Below the pieces are notes generated by a model that had not been told where the DNA came from, did not search any database, and saw only the letters and a list, made by a program, of their open reading frames with translations. A stretch of 63,804 nucleotides of DNA, the filler included, from Atractiella rhizophila (Eukaryota), in the NCBI GenBank assembly GCA_021432655.1. It is 9 parts of 9 records of this genome, joined end to end, with 100 filler letters (N's around TTAATTAATTAA, not from the genome) between each part and the next. Parts side by side here need not be neighbours in the genome. Positions count along the whole stretch, not along the records: positions 59,629 to 62,647 come from MU272094.1; positions 62,748 to 63,804 come from MU272227.1; 7 more parts are not named here. One strand, 5' to 3'. The translations under genes and the position numbers were made by a program. Position 1 is the first letter of the stretch, and each line of letters begins with the position of its first letter. Of the stretch, positions 61,228-63,804 are shown in pieces.

Positions 61228-62647
61228 ATGTAGTTTCTCCAAATTCATTCTTCCTGAGACAGCTACTGACGCGACCATGGGAAAGGCCATCAGTGTCCTT
61301 CCTCCCAGACCCAACATACCATCAGCTGATCGAAGAAGAAGACGAAAATCTAGACCAAGAGTGGGAACCAGCAGCTGCAAATGTGCATCTTCCCACTTTG
61401 TCCGAGGTGCAGGGACAGATAAAGGAGCTAGAGGACAGCGTGAATCGGAAGTGGGAGGCGGATAGGAAGCATAGAGGATTGGATGCGAGCCAGAAGAGGA
61501 GCTCTGGAAGAGTCATGTGAGTGAGCCTGTTTTTGACGTAATCTGTGAAAGAGGGTGGTGAACGAGCTTTCGAGTTGCTTGAAGATGGACCTGTTTTCTG
61601 GTTGTTCGCTATGAAGTATTGCATTTCACTTTATCGGTGGAATGGTGTAGATCGAGGCATCGAGACAAACGGCGCCGATGGCAAGGTGTCACCCCGACAT
61701 CCACAAGCCTTTATAATAGACGCATTGAATAGATCTTGACGTGACATATTCGCGGCCCTTTATGAGAAAGGAGCGAGGCACACTTTGATGCTTAAAGATG
61801 TATTGGATATTCCGTTCAATGATGGTTGGGATGTGTATTTTAAACGTTTCAATGTTGATTGGAAAAAGAATACTGACGCGGAACAACACAGAGTCGTGAT
61901 TCACACACTTCCTTACACATGCGTCCTGACGAACGAAACGGCCGCGGACCACTCCTCCCCCTCTCACGCCCATCATCCCGTCGACATCGTGACCTCCGAT
62001 TCACCCGCTCGTCCCGCCCCATTACATGCGCACCCGTCTCTCCTCACCTCTCCAGTCGCGGCCGTCAGCAGTGGTCCCACGCCGGTTTGGAAGCTTCTTC
62101 CGCGTCGCGGCCACTCTGCTCTTCATAGTGGCATCGCTTCCCTCGCCAGCTCTGAGCGGGAGGTGACGCTCATCGCCTGGCCGGGGGATTTGCAGACCGC
62201 AGAAGGTGCTGGGGTACCGAGTAATGTGGAATTGGCAGGTGGGAGGGAGATACCGAAAAGTGAAGGCACTGGAGGACAGGGGTTGGATATTGGTGAATTG
62301 ACGGAGGAGGAGAAGGGATTGCTTGAGAAGGGATTGTGGGAACTTGGTGCACCTAATGAACAGGGGAAGGAAAGTGTGAGATGTGTTCCGGTTTGGCTAC
62401 GCGATAGGACTTGGAGCGACTTTTATGATGGATTCTGCAAGAAGTTGGTTTTCAATTCCTCTACTAAGAGTTGGTTCTGATGAAATGTTGGAAGATATCT
62501 GTGGCCCACTTTCCATTATCTCTCCTTGAGCGATAGCCTCGACTGTAATGAGGAAGCTCGGTACTGGAAGGCTTATTACGAGGCCAACATGGCGTATGCG
62601 AAGCGAGTAGCGGAAACCTACAAGCCTGGCGATCTGGTCTGTCGAGT
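61228..62647 (+). CDS. TPS2: Trehalose-6-phosphate phosphatase/synthase (GT20, Tps2-like), 3'-truncated
   Basis: SGRVI|VVIHTLPY; RRGHSALHSGI.SL; IAWPG; VPVWL...FYDGFCKK|YLWPTFHY; WKAYYEAN..YA.RV...YKPGDLV. The C-terminal phosphatase domain is not in the window, so the TPS2 call rests on N-terminal motifs. Confidence 0.85.
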
Positions 62648-62747
62648 NNNNNNNNNNNNNNNNNNNNNNNNNNNNNNNNNNNNNNNNNNNNTTAATTAAT
62701 TAANNNNNNNNNNNNNNNNNNNNNNNNNNNNNNNNNNNNNNNNNNNN

Positions 62748-63751
62748 GTTCGATCGTTCGGATTAACGAGAGTGTCGCTTGAAGGGCTCGTACCCGTGAA
62801 CCGCAGTGGATTCATGGGAGTCGGAGCTCGCCGGGGCTTAGGCTGGAAGATTGTATCAGAGCTGGTGGTCCGTCTAGCATGACGCTGAGTGTAGGCTGGG
62901 GTTGTCAGACCTCGAGAGCGACTTGTGATCTCCACCATTGAGGTTCCTGAAGACTTGCCATAGTAAGCCGAGTTGTGGATTATCTTACGCCTCCGCCGTC
63001 GAAGATACCAAAAAGCCCAAGTTGCAACTGTGGCCAGTAGGAGAACCCCTGAGACGACGGCTCCAGCAACAATACCACCGTTCACTGTGGTTTGCTGCTT
63101 AGGGAAAGTCATAGTTGCAATCGGTAAAGCTGTGGAAACCGTCGAGGAAGCTGTATTTGAACCGCCACTTCCTGAGCTTGTAACACTAGTTCCAAAGTGT
63201 CATCAACTGTGCAAAATCGTGAAGCAAAGAACGAACATGAAACGGTCAATGACCATGGCTTTCCCGTCTTTTCCAGTATGTGTAACAGCGATTATGTGCT
63301 GGTGATCTTCACTCAGATTTAGAAATTCGCAAAGGAGAGACTGATATTCGGTTGTGGTCGAAACGGCCGTGTAATTTTTCACGATCCCATCAACAGCGCA
63401 GCTGCCGTTTGTTGCAGTGGAGGCCTTGGTGCCAAAGAGTCTTACAGCCGATCCTAAAGGAGGTGAGCTGGATTCGCAGGAAGACCAAAGCGTACCATTG
63501 AAAGGAAGAACTGCTTGTCCTCCTGACGATTTTGTCAAGTGGGCAGTTGATTGGTAATACTGTGATCCAACTTCGACTGACCACGCCTGAAGCCCTGTTA
63601 GCGCCGCCTATCGTCTCCATGTCACTGTGCTCACCCCTGTTGAATACTTGACGCTGGCGCTGGAATCGTCGATCGTTACGTTTTGCTCAACAGCCCGCAC
63701 CAACCATAGCCGAAAGACTAGAAAGGCCAGGCTGTCCTTCCACGACTTCAT
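62748..63751 (-). CDS. Type-I single-pass cell-surface protein (beta-sandwich ectodomain, S/T linker, TM, basic tail), 3'-truncated
   Basis: MKSWKDSLAFLVFRLWLVRA signal; NVTIDDS...VKY; F.GSAV.LFG; IDRF; GGIVAGAVVSGVLLLATVATWAFWYLRRRRRK. Confidence 0.75.
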
Positions 63752-63804
63752 TCTTTGTGCAGTGCAGGCTGATGATGGGAAGAGGGAGTGTTCTGTTGCC
63801 CTCT

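Noticed and set aside
10140..62747. Recurring TTAATTAATTAA as a biological repeat or CRISPR-like element
   Set aside because: It is always embedded in N runs and truncates genes; it is an assembly linker.

Overview
This is not one locus. It is nine pieces of an intron-rich fungal genome, joined by artificial 100-nt linkers (N-run + TTAATTAATTAA + N-run, stops in all six frames). The fungus is most likely a basidiomycete; Pucciniomycotina is an inference from gene style and a PDC insert. Pieces: 1-10139, 10240-20333, 20434-30503, 30604-34888 (internal N gap 33268-34053), 34989-45036, 45137-55175, 55276-59528, 59629-62647, 62748-63804. Synteny across linkers means nothing. Introns are mostly short GT-AG (~45-65 nt), so the ORF track fragments real genes; I spliced models by hand where possible. 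Recognisable genes: histidine phosphatase, amino-acid permease, SDR, MAPR/cytochrome-b5-like protein, HAD, ChrR-like cupin, DUF6534-type protein, PIG-H/GPI15, MDR reductase, CDC27, Con-13-like zincin, TMEM184/OST-alpha, Gypsy integrase, COX15, epoxide hydrolase, PDC, SDH3, GH47, GT71, PPM1, GH55, TPS2. Most interesting observations: (1) a 4-exon gene for a 45-aa secreted Cys-rich prepropeptide that the ORF track misses; (2) a large secreted poly-Ala repeat protein with Kex2-type sites and a duplicated mini-exon; (3) a membrane gene made of tandem two-helix modules with two decayed copies past its stop; (4) a TPS2 start codon split by an intron, so the unspliced RNA reads ATG-TAG. Several frameshifts sit in homopolymers and are probably sequencing errors. 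I saw no CRISPR array, rRNA or tRNA, and no convincing multi-gene novel system.
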